Shown: piece by piece, positions 42,301 through 54,805 of the stretch | Layout of the letters: each line of letters begins with the position of its first letter | How positions within the stretch are numbered: position 1 is the stretch's first letter | Assembly (NCBI GenBank): GCA_977030845.1 | Contig: OZ365113.1 | Span: 13,888,001-13,952,000 of the forward strand | DNA: 64,000 nt | Source of the DNA: Fimbriosthenelais zetlandica | Lineage: Eukaryota | Direction of reading: 5' to 3' | The notes under the pieces: model-generated | Databases searched by the model: none | What the model saw: the letters and a program-made list of their open reading frames with translations, nothing else | What the model was told of the DNA's origin: nothing | Program-made: the position numbers and the translations under genes

Positions 42301-45300
42301 TTATAAGGAGGAGTACGCATAGAAGCTCGAGAGGGGAAATATTCTTTCAAAGGATTATTGGGGGTGAACCCTGATGGCCACAGGAATCGTTTGATTCCCA
42401 AAAGATATGCAGCCTCAAATTAGCGATTTCCATCATTACATGTATCTAAATATTATGTAAATATTAAGTAATCCATCCCGGTATCCTAATTATAGTATAC
42501 TAGAATAGGTTATATAATGACATGAATACTAATGCACCTGTGCCATTTGTAGCATTGTGCTACCAGTAAAGTCATTGAACCCGTCATTAAATCTCTCATT
42601 ATCTACGTAATGACACCGGGTGGTCAACATCATGTAAGGTGCACATTTCCATTTTTGTCTTGACTTCCATCACTTATATTTACTTGAATGCCCAGCATCC
42701 TCCACACGATCTAGGTCTGTTTCGTGGGGTGTACCCATAAATAACCTTCGTTTGCTTTTGCTCAGTATTCCAATCCTGCCTACATTGCTTCAATGATTAC
42801 TTTGGCTAAACAGTGTCCAATCCAAGACACCTTAGGACCCGGATCGGTGTGTGCTTGTACATAGGCATTTGGCGGTCTACTCGAACCATCTGAGCTTTAG
42901 ACTATTTGCTCAGGGGTTGGAAACCTTGTGCAGGTCGCTTGAGGTGAAGGGAGAGTAATGTGTTGTGGATGCACCAATGAGCAATTGGTATCTCACGGGA
43001 AGGAGTTTAGTAATATGACTCAGACTGGGCTCAATTTAAACTTGATACTTATAGTAAGTCTTACATCCTCTCTATGGCCACTGAATATTAAGTGTCATGG
43101 CTGCCAAAGATCCTGACCTCCCTTCTACAACTCAGAAGAAAATACTTTACGGTGGTGTTTGCTGACAAATCAGCAATGGTGTGGGCTACCCTATTACATG
43201 AGGTCTTGTATAATGTTTGTGGATGTTCTGTGATCTTGTCTTTAAATGTCTTGATTATAAGTGAGTCAACCATTTATATACCACCTTCGATCCTCACTTT
43301 CAGTATCTAGATTAACTGGCATTAACCCAGACAGAATAAGTTTTAAATTATTTCCCGAATTTCAGTCTCCCAAACCTGATGGCAATGTTCATCCAGTGTA
43401 TCCCGTTAGGACTTATTGGCAATCAATAGCAGCAATGACCTGTCACTTAAGCTCTCCTCTAGTCCACCCCCATAAACAAGGATGACTCTTTCTAAGCTTC
43501 TCTAGCCTCAATTATTGACATGAACAGCCAGCAGGGAGGTCTGGACACTGGACATCCCGCCCATTTATTGGTGCTTCAGAAAAGCAATCAAGAGGAACTT
43601 TCTATTTTATAACGTGTAAAATACAACATACGCGGCAATGTCGTAAAATGAACTTTACGACATACCAGGTGTCAGTTGCCGCCATCAAACACCTTAGTGT
43701 CACATGATAGTGTGGTAGATCAGCATCAGGTCTCAACTTATCATCGTTCACGAAATGAGGTCCGAAGCCCAGTAATAGTTTAAGGCCTTGGGTCCACTGG
43801 ACCATTTTTCTTGACTTCCGTCAGGAATTCTTGATGCACATCATGGGGAGGCATTTGGACCTTAGACGACAAAGATAACACCAGAGAAGGTTATACACTG
43901 TAGCCTACTGGGTCATCTTATGTTCTGAAGATCATACTCATCATTGTCCATGATATTTTGCACATACAAGTGGTTCTGCGATTCTTTTAGTTTAGTCCCT
44001 GGACTTATTAATTAATCAGAGCAATCCCATAAGATATATTAATGACACGAGGATGGGAATAATATACATGTATGTAAGAGCTAATATGGACCTCTTTTCT
44101 GAGATTTTGATGAACCAGCTCCAAAAATTACCTTTTTTGTCGGGTATGTGACACCTCTTCAGTAGATTAGTTAAAATATTCCACATAAGCTACATATAAA
44201 CTAAGACTGTCATAGAGATAGATATTAGAGTAATCCTCGAGACGCACATAGCTTGCTTATTCTGTTCTGGAAGACTTAAGCATTGCTCATCTGGTCTCAC
44301 TTCCTTCTGACACCAGATATCTGGCAGAGTTCTGGGCCAGATCTGATTTCTCATTTTAAAATCCTGTCACCACAACCTGCAGATATTGGAAGCGATTTCC
44401 AGCTGCACTGATTCCATTTGCTCGAGTGGCAAAGTCTCATTTTCTGGCAAGTACCCATATGAAGTGTGTGAGGTGGTGTGCCTTTGTGTGGGACAATGTG
44501 GGACAGGAGGAATTGCGCCAAAAGTCTTTTCCCCCCAAGAAATATGCAGAGGGAATTTCCATAATGGTATTGAAATGTTAGAATCCTGATATTAAATTAA
44601 GATAGATTTGTTTTATTATTTTTTCACATGGAATACAATTCCTATAATTCCCCTCGAATGAACTATGTACAATATTATCACATACCCACCAAATGGCAAT
44701 ACATTTCGAAAGCAAATATTGCCGTCAGTTGCATTGATGTTAATTCAAAAGAATTGCTCCATTGTCGGTATAGTGCACCGACCAGGCATGGGGGAGAGTA
44801 CAGGAACGAAAGAGTTAAGCCCTCACAATTGGTAAGTGTTCCTCTGGCAATAAAGGGCCCCATAGCAGGGATAATGTTGGTGAAAGCTGGTTGATTAGAC
44901 TGATTGTCCTCAGATAGCAGGGTGCTGCTTTACCCATTCTGTTGACTCCAATCAATGGGTGAATTGGCATAGAGAATGCGCCTCTTCTCTCACCAGACAT
45001 GTATTATTGCTAAGGCTGACCACTAAGAAATCTCATAGGCCTACTGGAACATTTCTGAAAGACATGTTTCGTGGTGCTCATGTCACGGCAAGATAGACTA
45101 GGATAATATAATTCAGGGTGACCAGAAAATAAGAGCAATGAGCTTATTCCTTGGTATATCATTTGTATGTGGATAGACGGATGGACATTATACATGTCAA
45201 ATAGCCATTGAGTAAATGCCCATTAACAAGAGCAATATATTATACCCATTCACATAAAATCTCACCATGGTTTCTAATAGTGAAGGATGACTTTGGAATA

Positions 45301-46321
45301 TTACTAGCTCGTCCATCACCCGGGATCCCATGACAGTTTGTCCTGTAGGTAGTCTAATGCCTATGTTTCTCTGGGTAGGGCCTGTAAAGAGAAAAAATGG
45401 AGTGCTCGCCTTGCCAACTCAGAGATGGCGAGGAGAGGGATGGGAGTGATGTATCACAGGTCGGTCAACGCTGATCCTATATTTACACAGATTAGATTGA
45501 TCAAAATGAGGACCCTTTACATCAAGTCTTGCTCTAGCCATGTGTCGCTTGGAGCTGGTCTCTGGCCTCTTTTTTCTCACACTAGATGCTATGGATGAGG
45601 GGCTGAGATAATGAAAGTGCAGGTACGGTTTACTTTTAAGTGTTTGCAAGGTCTATATCTTCAAACATTAACAGACATATATACATATCATATATATGAT
45701 TTATGGCCCATCAGCTTAAATGCAAACAAAATACCCAATCCAAGCACCTGCCACAATTCCTATAGGCCTATTATATATCTATTACATGTGGGATTCAGTT
45801 ATAAATGCTAGAATTCAAGTTGCATTCCTGAGATTTTAGAGAGACAATTTCTGTTATTTATACGTATTGTTTTAATTTGTTTTAAGGGCATTATTAATTC
45901 GAAGACCCAACCAGTAGATAGACAAAAAATATGAAATACCTGACTGCATCTAGGAATGATTATTGACTGGCATTTTTTTTTTATTGTGCATGGGGATATC
46001 ATGTCATCTGATCATTTTAGATATCATTGACATGATAATGCCTACTAGTTAGAATTAGTGAAGTCTCCCAAATGAGAGCTTTAATATGAACTCTTATAAA
46101 CATAAAATGAACATGGCTTGGCCGCTTACATTTACAGAGCTTCTGCATTTAACATTCATCATATATATGATGACAGTTATACTGTAATCACCTCTGCAGC
46201 TGCATCGCGTGAACATTGACGTTCACTTGCAATGCCAACTGGTCAAGGCAACCCACGGGAAAAGTCATACTCAAGGTGGAAGCATAATGGAAACCAACGT
46301 GTTTGACTGAAATAACAAGGT

Positions 46322-46510
46322 TATGGTACTCAGCAGCCTCATGAACTTCTGAAAGAAGGCTTCGATGAAAGGAATGGTGAAAGTGTTGGAATACGAAAGG
46401 ACTCAGTAATGGACCCTGACATGTGGACCTGCATGGATATTAAAGAAGCTTCGGTCCAGGCTAAATTTAGATCCTTTCACTGACAGAGAATGTATAAAGT
46501 GTTAGACTGC
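46322..46510 (+). mobile_element. Possible decayed L1/Tx1-like zf-RVT fragment
   Basis: DMWTCMDIKEASVQAKFRSFH* resembles the W..I.....S...KLR.FQ motif; short and stop-interrupted. Confidence 0.25.
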
Positions 46511-48807
46511 CTAATTGCCCATGATGTATATACTGAGAATACAGTGCGTGCAAAGCAACGTGCACACTGAATATTTTATGCTGTAATAGTCACATGTGAA
46601 CTTGAATAACAGGCGTCTACATCTCTTAGTGCACTCAGATATATTCGATATTCATATAATAGTTCCTCAGGATACATTGTATCCAAGGATCCAACAGAGG
46701 AATGGCCATATAAGTAGCTTTAAGGAAAGCTTATATGAACTGAGGTTTTTCGATATATGATGCTATACATAGGAAGGTACACGTTAATGATACCTTCATT
46801 TCAGATATGTAAGCAAGTGAATCTTTGCTTCGATTAAAAATATTTCTTGGTGTGTGGGTTTGTAGCTCGAGCTCTGCCTACCAATAGAGCGTCTGAAGTA
46901 GAAGATGGAGCTGATGACGACTGGAAATGCTCACTTCGTTAGACGTTTCCATTAGGTAGCGCCGGAAAGGGAAACTGGGGATTGGTTAGTGACAAGGCTG
47001 AAGTCTTAGCAGTGTGATATTACCACAGGATTCCCTACACCTCAAATTGTGGGGCAATCCTGTGGAAGGAAACCACTTACATTTAATGGCATTTGACAAG
47101 ATCCCGACATGAGTAGCCATGTACAAAGTTCATTATAGGAACTCAGGGATTTATTTTGGGATGCACAGAAACCAATGTTTCTATGTTTAACTAAGGACTG
47201 TAACTTTCATTTAATAGAGGCTTTAATTAATTTCCAGGTTAATGGATATAGACAGATCATTAACACCTGCATATTTTGCATCAATTAATGTCGACTACAA
47301 TAATGATTCTAGTGCATATTCGAGTCGTCCAAATACATGGACAGGTATCATTCATTATAGGTGGTCCTCTGAGAATTTGAGATTGGCCAATTGAAACCAG
47401 TAGATCAGGAGCAAACGTTGCCCTGGTGAGCATATAATACCTGAGAGGCTTTCTGCTACTATGTCCTATCATTCAGCTTTTTACTACCCTAACGCTTCCC
47501 AGCTGACACTTAAGACTGCTTTATAACTACCAGTGGATGCTTGGGGTTTCACACCGTGGTAAAAGCAGGGGATCCCACTAGTCTTAAAGCTATTCATTCT
47601 ATGATATATACAATCCGTATAGCCAATGGTATAGGTCGGTCGTTTGCAAAAGTGTGTACTATAGGAAGGACGTGAATAAAGGAAATGTTCCTATTTGTTG
47701 GATTTAGGGGTTAAAAAAGATTCATCGTGAAAATGAGATCAATACAGTTGTAAGTTAAATAATACCGAGTGTCTTCCAAATTATTAAGAAGTCCGCCCCT
47801 GCTCCTGAACATTATGGCAGCAAAATGATATAAGATAAGACTACTTGTACTATTACCTTTTGCCTTATGCATACATGTATTAAATCTATAATCTACAATA
47901 TAGGCCTAGATCATCAATACATTTTAAATAATAGGTATCTATTATTTTTGTCAATCCCATTTTCTATTTACGAAAGCCAAAGCCCGTATTGACATGAAAT
48001 AAATTAATTTTTACATTTTTATTCTGAAATTTAAAAAAATGGCCAGAAAAAAAACTCGAGCCCCCACCCCACCGTCCACCCGCCTCCTAATAAGGGATTA
48101 GATCCTGCATTTCACATCAACTTCTATTTGTAGGCCTACACACCAGATAGCACCATCCAGTAAATGCCTGGATGGCTCAGTGGAGAATCCTAGTGGTTGT
48201 TACTGCAAGCATGACGTACTGGTAAATATAAGGAAGGCAGAGATCAGCTGAAAGCACAATGCGAGATAAAGTGCATTGTTTTTGATGGGATGTTGGCAAT
48301 ATACAGTTTAACATTTCACAGATGCCTGCCTGTAACTGATCAATGCTCATTGAGAGCAACCTTTAGACCTTTAGACTTCAGACCTTGAACCACAACTCAA
48401 AACTCACTTCTCATCTTGCGTTGGTGTACGGGTTCAAACAGGTAGGCTTAAAATTATATATCCACAATCTTATTGCTTTATCTATCATTCATCACAAAAC
48501 CAGGATTAAATTGGTTTCCCTTCTATGGAGTATTTAACTGAATAGCAAGCTAGGCAATGTCATTATAATGTACGACACTGTCACAGTATATAGGTCCCTA
48601 TATATGGCAAGGAAACCTCTAGTCTAAATGTACACGCCCCCTTATTGGGTCAGTGATACACCATGTTGACAAGTGTATGGCCTACATTTAGATATGTAGG
48701 CCTATACATGCCCTACTTGGTAACAATGAGAGTGAAATATTTAACCGTATTGTAAATATTTTATGAAGCAGATCTTAATTAAGTTGTTTTACATCCTATT
48801 TTAGTGC

Positions 48808-48892
48808 ATGATGGCGCGAGTAGTTGAAATGACAGGCACAACTTGTGTCTTTTCCATTCCTTATCTTTCACTCTCAGAATTTGACCGGTCAG
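48808..48892 (+). CDS. Hotdog-fold acyl-thioesterase-like gene, coding exon 1
   Basis: ATG at 48808, MMARVVEMTGTTCVFSIPYLSLSEFDRS plus 1 nt, donor GTGAGA at 48893; phase 1 joins the next exon in frame (G|AT = Asp). Confidence 0.75.
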
Positions 48893-49035
48893 GTGAGATA
48901 TAATATTCCTTTCTTCCTCTCGATAAAATAATCTGTATCCACAGAAAATACTGATAAGGAGGTTTTCAAATTTTAAGACAATATATATACCAATTCTTAA
49001 ATTAAATATTAATATATGTTTTTCTATTGTACCAG

Positions 49036-49823
49036 ATCGGATATCTCTTTGGGGGTTGGCCCGCTTGTTTGAGGCAGGGAGAGTTCTGGCTTTCCGTAAG
49101 TCCTCTGTTTTTAACTATGACATTCTGAGGAAGGAATACTTCCAGGCCATGATCACTGGACGCTACACCATCTCACGGCAACTCTCCAAACAAAGTGCTG
49201 GCCTCAACTTTGGCGTGGAGCTCCTCCTGACTTTTGCCATAGTTGATATTGGTCGCAGCTCTGTGCACGTCTTCAGTGATATAAAAGAAGCTAAGTCAGG
49301 CACCAGCTTAGCCTGGCTTATCAACAAAATGGTCTACCTTGATCCTTCCATCAGGAAAGCCAAACCCTTGCCACAGTGGATAACCGAAAAATATCAGGCA
49401 GAAGTGAAGCAAAATGCCCTTGCTGTAGCTAAGATCATTGGACCTGGGGTGATACCACTGAAAGCTTCAGATCTCATTCAACCGATAGAAACGTTTGAAT
49501 ATAATATAAAAGTGGCACCCAGTGACACTGATAGTAATGGTCATACCAACAATTCCTCCTATATTCGATTCTGTATGGATGCAGCAACAATAGCTGTTAA
49601 GAAAGGTGCTCTGAAGGGTTTCTACGACGATATGGTTTTGTACAATGCTAAGTCTGTGGTAGTTTTTTATGCACATGAGACTCATAATGGTGATGACTTG
49701 GTTGTTAGACTTTGGAAAGAATTGGGGAAAGACCTTGAGGTTTGTTTCATACTACTGAGAAGAGGTAACAGAGTGTTTAACTGTAGAATATCGTTTTATC
49801 CCCTTGCCTCATCAAAATACTGA
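49036..49823 (+). CDS. Acyl-ACP/acyl-CoA thioesterase-like protein (double hotdog fold), coding exon 2; about 290 aa in total
   Basis: Acceptor TTCTATTGTACCAG; open frame to TGA at 49823; motif SDTDSNGHTNNSSYI resembles the FatA/FatB catalytic DxNxHVNNxxY, followed by FYAHE (compare YRRE). Confidence 0.85.
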
Positions 49824-49877
49824 ATCATGTATTTGATGATGTCGGTTACTCGAGAACGCTTTCTCGCTTGGATGTAG

Positions 49878-49883
49878 AATAAA
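49878..49883 (+). terminator. Probable polyadenylation signal of the thioesterase-like gene
   Basis: AATAAA about 55 nt after the stop codon, followed by T-rich sequence. Confidence 0.55.
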
Positions 49884-52800
49884 AGAACGACGACAAAATG
49901 TTCTTTACAAGTTTATTTTTGGGTTGTTGGTCACCACTCAACATTGGTAATTTGCACTAGTGCTACTCTTGCCTTCTAAGTTTTATCATCATAACCATAA
50001 ACTCATACTCTGCTGCACTTAATCCTAGACATATTCAACGGGTGAATGATATGTCCCTTTACTTGTTACAATGTATAGCTTCTACCAGTATTTTAACTTA
50101 TAATCATTTGATGATCGAACCTGGACCCTCAATAATAATTATTCTCAAAGGCTCAGTAAATTTAACTAAGCAATATCAACCTACAGATGCAATAGCTCCT
50201 TCCTTTGAAGACCCAACCCACATTTTTCTTCAGAACTACCAATACATACATCACTAGGCGCGTATATATGTACATGAACTGCATGCTCTGGTACGATTCT
50301 TTTAGCTCTGCTGCATATTGAAAAGGATATCAACTAATGGAGAATATTTTGATATAAAAGGTAAAATACAGGGATCCATCCATGACAAACTAGTAGATTG
50401 TCTCCTGACTAGATCAGTATTCGATTGAAATGCATTTGCATTCAACATAAAATAAGATAATTTTATGAAACATAACTTTCAATATTACGTCATGTCAACA
50501 CCGGTATAATGATTTGACTGCAGCTTGGATTTTTCTGTAAAGGATAATATTTAAATTAAATTTTCAAGGATTATATTCAATATAATGCAATATTGATAAC
50601 ATCTTATTCCTTCTAACGCCTTTAAATAAAGAGCAGCAGATGTCTGTAGCCATTGTTATAGTGAATCCCTCTCGGAGATTTTAAATTAAAATGGTTTAGT
50701 CTTACATTATGAACTACGGAACATATCATTTTTTTTTCATTTGTTCAATTGATAAATTCGTTCTTCCTCAAGTAATATTCTCATGAGGTATTCGCACAAT
50801 ATACAAGAATAATTTCTCTAAACGGATGTGAAAAATGTATAAAAATATGACGAATATCTACTTCAAATACACACAGCTCATTTTTTCTTTGAAGGAACGA
50901 GCAAGGAGAATTATACTTCAATATACTAAGTAGTGTGAGGGTAAGATTTCAAGCAGTGTGGCCTCACTCAAGATTTATCCCATTATCTGTTATTAAATCC
51001 GTTAAACACTTCAATGTAAAGTTCATAATTTTTGTAACATTTGTAACATACGATACCAATATGTATATGTCAAGCAGGAGGTATACATTCATAACCAAGT
51101 CAATGATTTTAGCCTTGTGTAGGTCTGTTAGACTTGTGTGTAGAAAAAAATCTCAAGTATTTCGGTGCTAAACTTGAAGGGAGTTTTACAAGTTATGACG
51201 TTTTCAGTTGACAAAGGACGCATGTACAAATTCTTGAACCAATAATCAATGTTTAGCTTTTTTATAAAAACAATATATTATTCCACGAGTCTCTATTCAG
51301 TGACAAATAGACAGAAACAAAGTCATTCTCAGGAAGGATAATTCCACAACAGTAATCCATAATAATGTATCCATTAGTTGTGGGCAAAGCGCGCAACATT
51401 GGAAAGAAATGTATATGTTGACATTATCAACACAGAAAACGTGATCTTCATACTTAAAAGGCAAGTTATTTTACATGTTTTTTTTCTTACAACACATAAC
51501 TAATTCTTTATCACAACGACCAGCTCCATTTCTCCTACAAGTAAACCCTTTAATAACACTATTTTCTACCCTCTCTGATTTGATGATTTAAACGTTTACA
51601 AGAATGAAAATGGATGGCAATAAAATTTAAAACATGGCTTCCTGTAAGGTCATTCTACTAACAGCTATTCATTGTTGTTTGTTGCCGTTTCTTAGAATGA
51701 TCAGGCTTCGAAGACATGGTTCTGAATGGTAACCAATAACGAACTGATGGAAACATATTCTCATTGTATCCAGCCAAGTAATGTACAAATTCTATTTCAG
51801 GGACAAGAAACTCCTATGGAATCAGAAAGAATACTAAGATTATATATTATACGTCTTTAAGAATGGAAGTCTGGAATTAGAAATGTCACCATACAGCAGT
51901 TCTGAGCTAAAACAGTCCAATGAACGCGTTAAAATCACAAAAAGATCATTGTGGATGGAAGTAACTTAATTTTTCCAAGAAGCCTTAGTAGGTACAACTC
52001 AGGTCTTCCTCAAATGGATGACCTTGAATACTTTAGAATTCATGATAACGTACATGAACATCACTTGAATTTAACTATTATTTCTAGTTAGTACATATAT
52101 AATTAATGAAAACTAAAACTACAAATGTATTATATGATCAGAAAACAATGAAAGTGTTTCACTTAGTTTCACATATATCCGTCTTAAGTACATGCTCAAC
52201 AGTTACACACCTTCGTTTCAAATTTCCTCTTATAGACATACAAATTATGAGATCAAGTTACAATTCTCACTCTTTTCCATCGGAAATCATTTTAAAAATT
52301 GTCGTTGTAAGAGGAAAGCTACGGAGCCAGTAATACATGTACCTTCAGATGTGAATCTATGATTTCTTTGCAAATTATTTTGTATTTACAGCAAAGTGAA
52401 GAACATATTCTTTTAAAATGTCGCTATTAATATGTATTTGGTTGTCATCTATCAACTTATCATTTTTTTTACATTTATATATATACACAGTAAACAAGAG
52501 TTTGAAAGCTGATAACCAGTATCATTAAAATTTACACGATGATTGTTGTGTATTTCACATTTTACTATGTTACTTTGGTCTGTGGCATTTTGATCAATGA
52601 AGCAATGGACAGATGAATGTGATGGTTAGTTGTAAATTTCAAGATGAAAAACTTGTTCTTCAATGTTGGATAAAATAAGCAACAGGACAGAGATTCAATC
52701 GTGAAGAAGAAACAAGTAGTTGATTGGTCGGGTCATCTTTCACCTTGCCCAGATCCCTGTGCTGGGGTGATGATAGCATATAAGACAGAAGCATGCTCCT

Positions 52801-53421
52801 TCAGCTGCATGGCTGCATGCACTGTCGATTTGAGAAAATATCCTGGAAACATTGCTGTACTTATTGATACAGTCTTGCTGGTCATCTCGGAGAGTGCAAA
52901 AATGAGGTGAGTTAGTCTCAGTGAATAACTCTACTGTTACGATAAACATACACTGTACCCTGTATATTGGGTACAGTGTCAATAAACCCACTTGGACTGA
53001 AGCTGCCTTTTTCAAGCTAGCACACAGTAACTCTGTAATATATGATATACTTTTATCAGTCAAACAATTCATGGCAATAATGGCTGTCAAGTCCTTCATT
53101 CAATCAGACCTTTCATAAGTCTGATATATTCAATTTGTCTACGGATTTATATACATCTATGTTGATTCTGTAATTAGCATCCTTGTATAATAAGTTCATA
53201 CAAATATATCTGAATCTTTCTTCAACCTCCTTGGAAGGCTATCATTGAGTGTGCCTGGTTGTGCGACTCGGCAAGTCCTCATGGAACCCAGGTCTGTATT
53301 GACCTTGCCTGAGGTCATTAGGTCGTCTATATAATGCCCCCCTAATTAACCATGTTTCCAACACAGCAATGAGGGATTTAGTCTCTATTAACGTGGCAGT
53401 CAGTACGTCAATATTAGACCT

Positions 53422-54160
53422 TTAATTTTCACAGGGAGTGGAATGTTCAGGTTGTTCATCCCCCACCAAACCTTGACTCGAGTTATCATAAACCTGTGGC
53501 TCAACCCCTGGGGACGTCTGGCGATATACAGGGGAATCTTCTGAGGTGGTTGGCATGATGACATGGGGAGTAACCGGCTCACACGGCTCAGGGTTCTCCA
53601 CCATAATATTATGTTGAGACGACGTGGGAGATGAAGGAGGCTGATGATGATGTGGATTGAGCTCTTGGTCCTGGAAGCTATTCTTCATATGTCTGAGGAC
53701 AGCTTCTTGAGCTGCCTGTTGTTTGTGTTGTTCTTCTAAACCTTCATAAGAGCTGTTGTTGGTTTTCACCACTGCGGCTTGTTCCCTTAAAATGGAATCG
53801 TCAGCCTGTAGATCCTGCTGCATTTGCTCCTCCAGCTGTTCTTCACGTTGTCTCCTCATGGCCTCCTCCTCCTCCTCCTCCCCCTCCTCGTGGTCTGGGG
53901 GGAGGAGGTGAGGAGGAGTGTGTTGGTGAGGTATTTGCTCCCTCCTCACATGGTTCTCACGTCGAGGCTCCTCGCTGAGCTGGCTTCCAGCTGTGTCGTG
54001 GTCGTGATGAACGCTTTGCATGACAGCCATTTGCTCCATCTTGGACTGCAGGCCACTATTTGCTGAGACAGAAGGCTCCCTCGTTTCTCTCAATTCAGAT
54101 TCCTGTTGTTGAAACTCTTGCTCCAACTTTTCCATCTTGGTTTGGAAAGTTGGCTGGTCG
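53422..54160 (-). CDS. FoxP: FoxP last coding exon (Q/E/H/P-rich low-complexity tail), ends in TAA
   Basis: Acceptor TGTTTCAG just upstream (AG at 54162-54161); phase-compatible with the preceding exon (AA|C = Asn); open for 246 codons including the stop at 53422; contains the 237-aa ORF of the track. Confidence 0.85.
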
Positions 54161-54288
54161 CTGAAACAATGTCAAGAGCTGGTGAATGGTAGACTCAACC
54201 GAAAAAATTGAACTAGGCTCTGAGGTTTATTAATTATAAATCACTTGAATAAAGTTTGCCACGAGACAGAATGGAGTAGAAAACTCAC

Positions 54289-54455
54289 TTGCTGAGGTCT
54301 TCTGGCTCATGGTCTCGTTGGTGGTTGAGGTCGTTAGGTTGGAGGTTATTCCGGCTACCGCCAGAGACAGACAGGTCCTCGGCATATTCAGCCTCAACCT
54401 CCATAGGCAGGGATACAGGGTTGAGCATAGGTAGGTTACTCTCAGCTAGGGCCGC
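54289..54455 (-). CDS. FoxP: FoxP C-terminal exon, phase 0/2
   Basis: 167 nt, acceptor CTGCAG, donor GTGAGT; AALAESNLPMLNPVSLPMEVEAEYAEDLSV...HEPEDLS. With the previous exon it gives LNASLRAALAESNLPML, matching the FOXP1/2 motif LNASLQAALAESSLPLL. Confidence 0.92.
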
Positions 54456-54726
54456 CTGCAGATTTATTTGTATTTTGATGTATATTTAGTGCACATAATC
54501 GGAACAGTGGTCGGTCTTCCTTGTGTACAAAAGTGTACAATGTATTGAATTATATTCTTGACAAGATTAAAGAAATTTTAACCACATCCAAAAGGGAATA
54601 TTCTCCAAAAGGGGAATCTTATAAATCATGTCTTACAGGTATCTACGCCTTGTTAGCATGGTTTGGTACACTCTATTAAATGATATTCTGACACTGTGTT
54701 TAAACATTGACACATTGATGACTCAC

Positions 54727-54805
54727 CCGTAGGCTGGCATTGAGAGACTCTCCGTAGAAAGAGCTACTCTGATGAACTGAGGCGCTATTCTTCAGCTGAA
54801 GGTTC
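54727..54805 (-). CDS. FoxP: FoxP post-forkhead exon, phase 2/0
   Basis: 79 nt, acceptor TGTCTAG, donor GTGAGT; NLQLKNSASVHQSSSFYGESLNASLR. Phase matches both exon A and exon B. Confidence 0.9.

Noticed and set aside
43090-43485. Plus-strand ORFs faintly resembling a DIRS tyrosine recombinase (FPEF..K, PV R..Y)
   Set aside because: Catalytic R-H-R-Y residues not identifiable.
52740-53099. 119-aa minus-strand ORF after the FoxP stop
   Set aside because: Lies in the presumptive 3' UTR with no recognisable homology.
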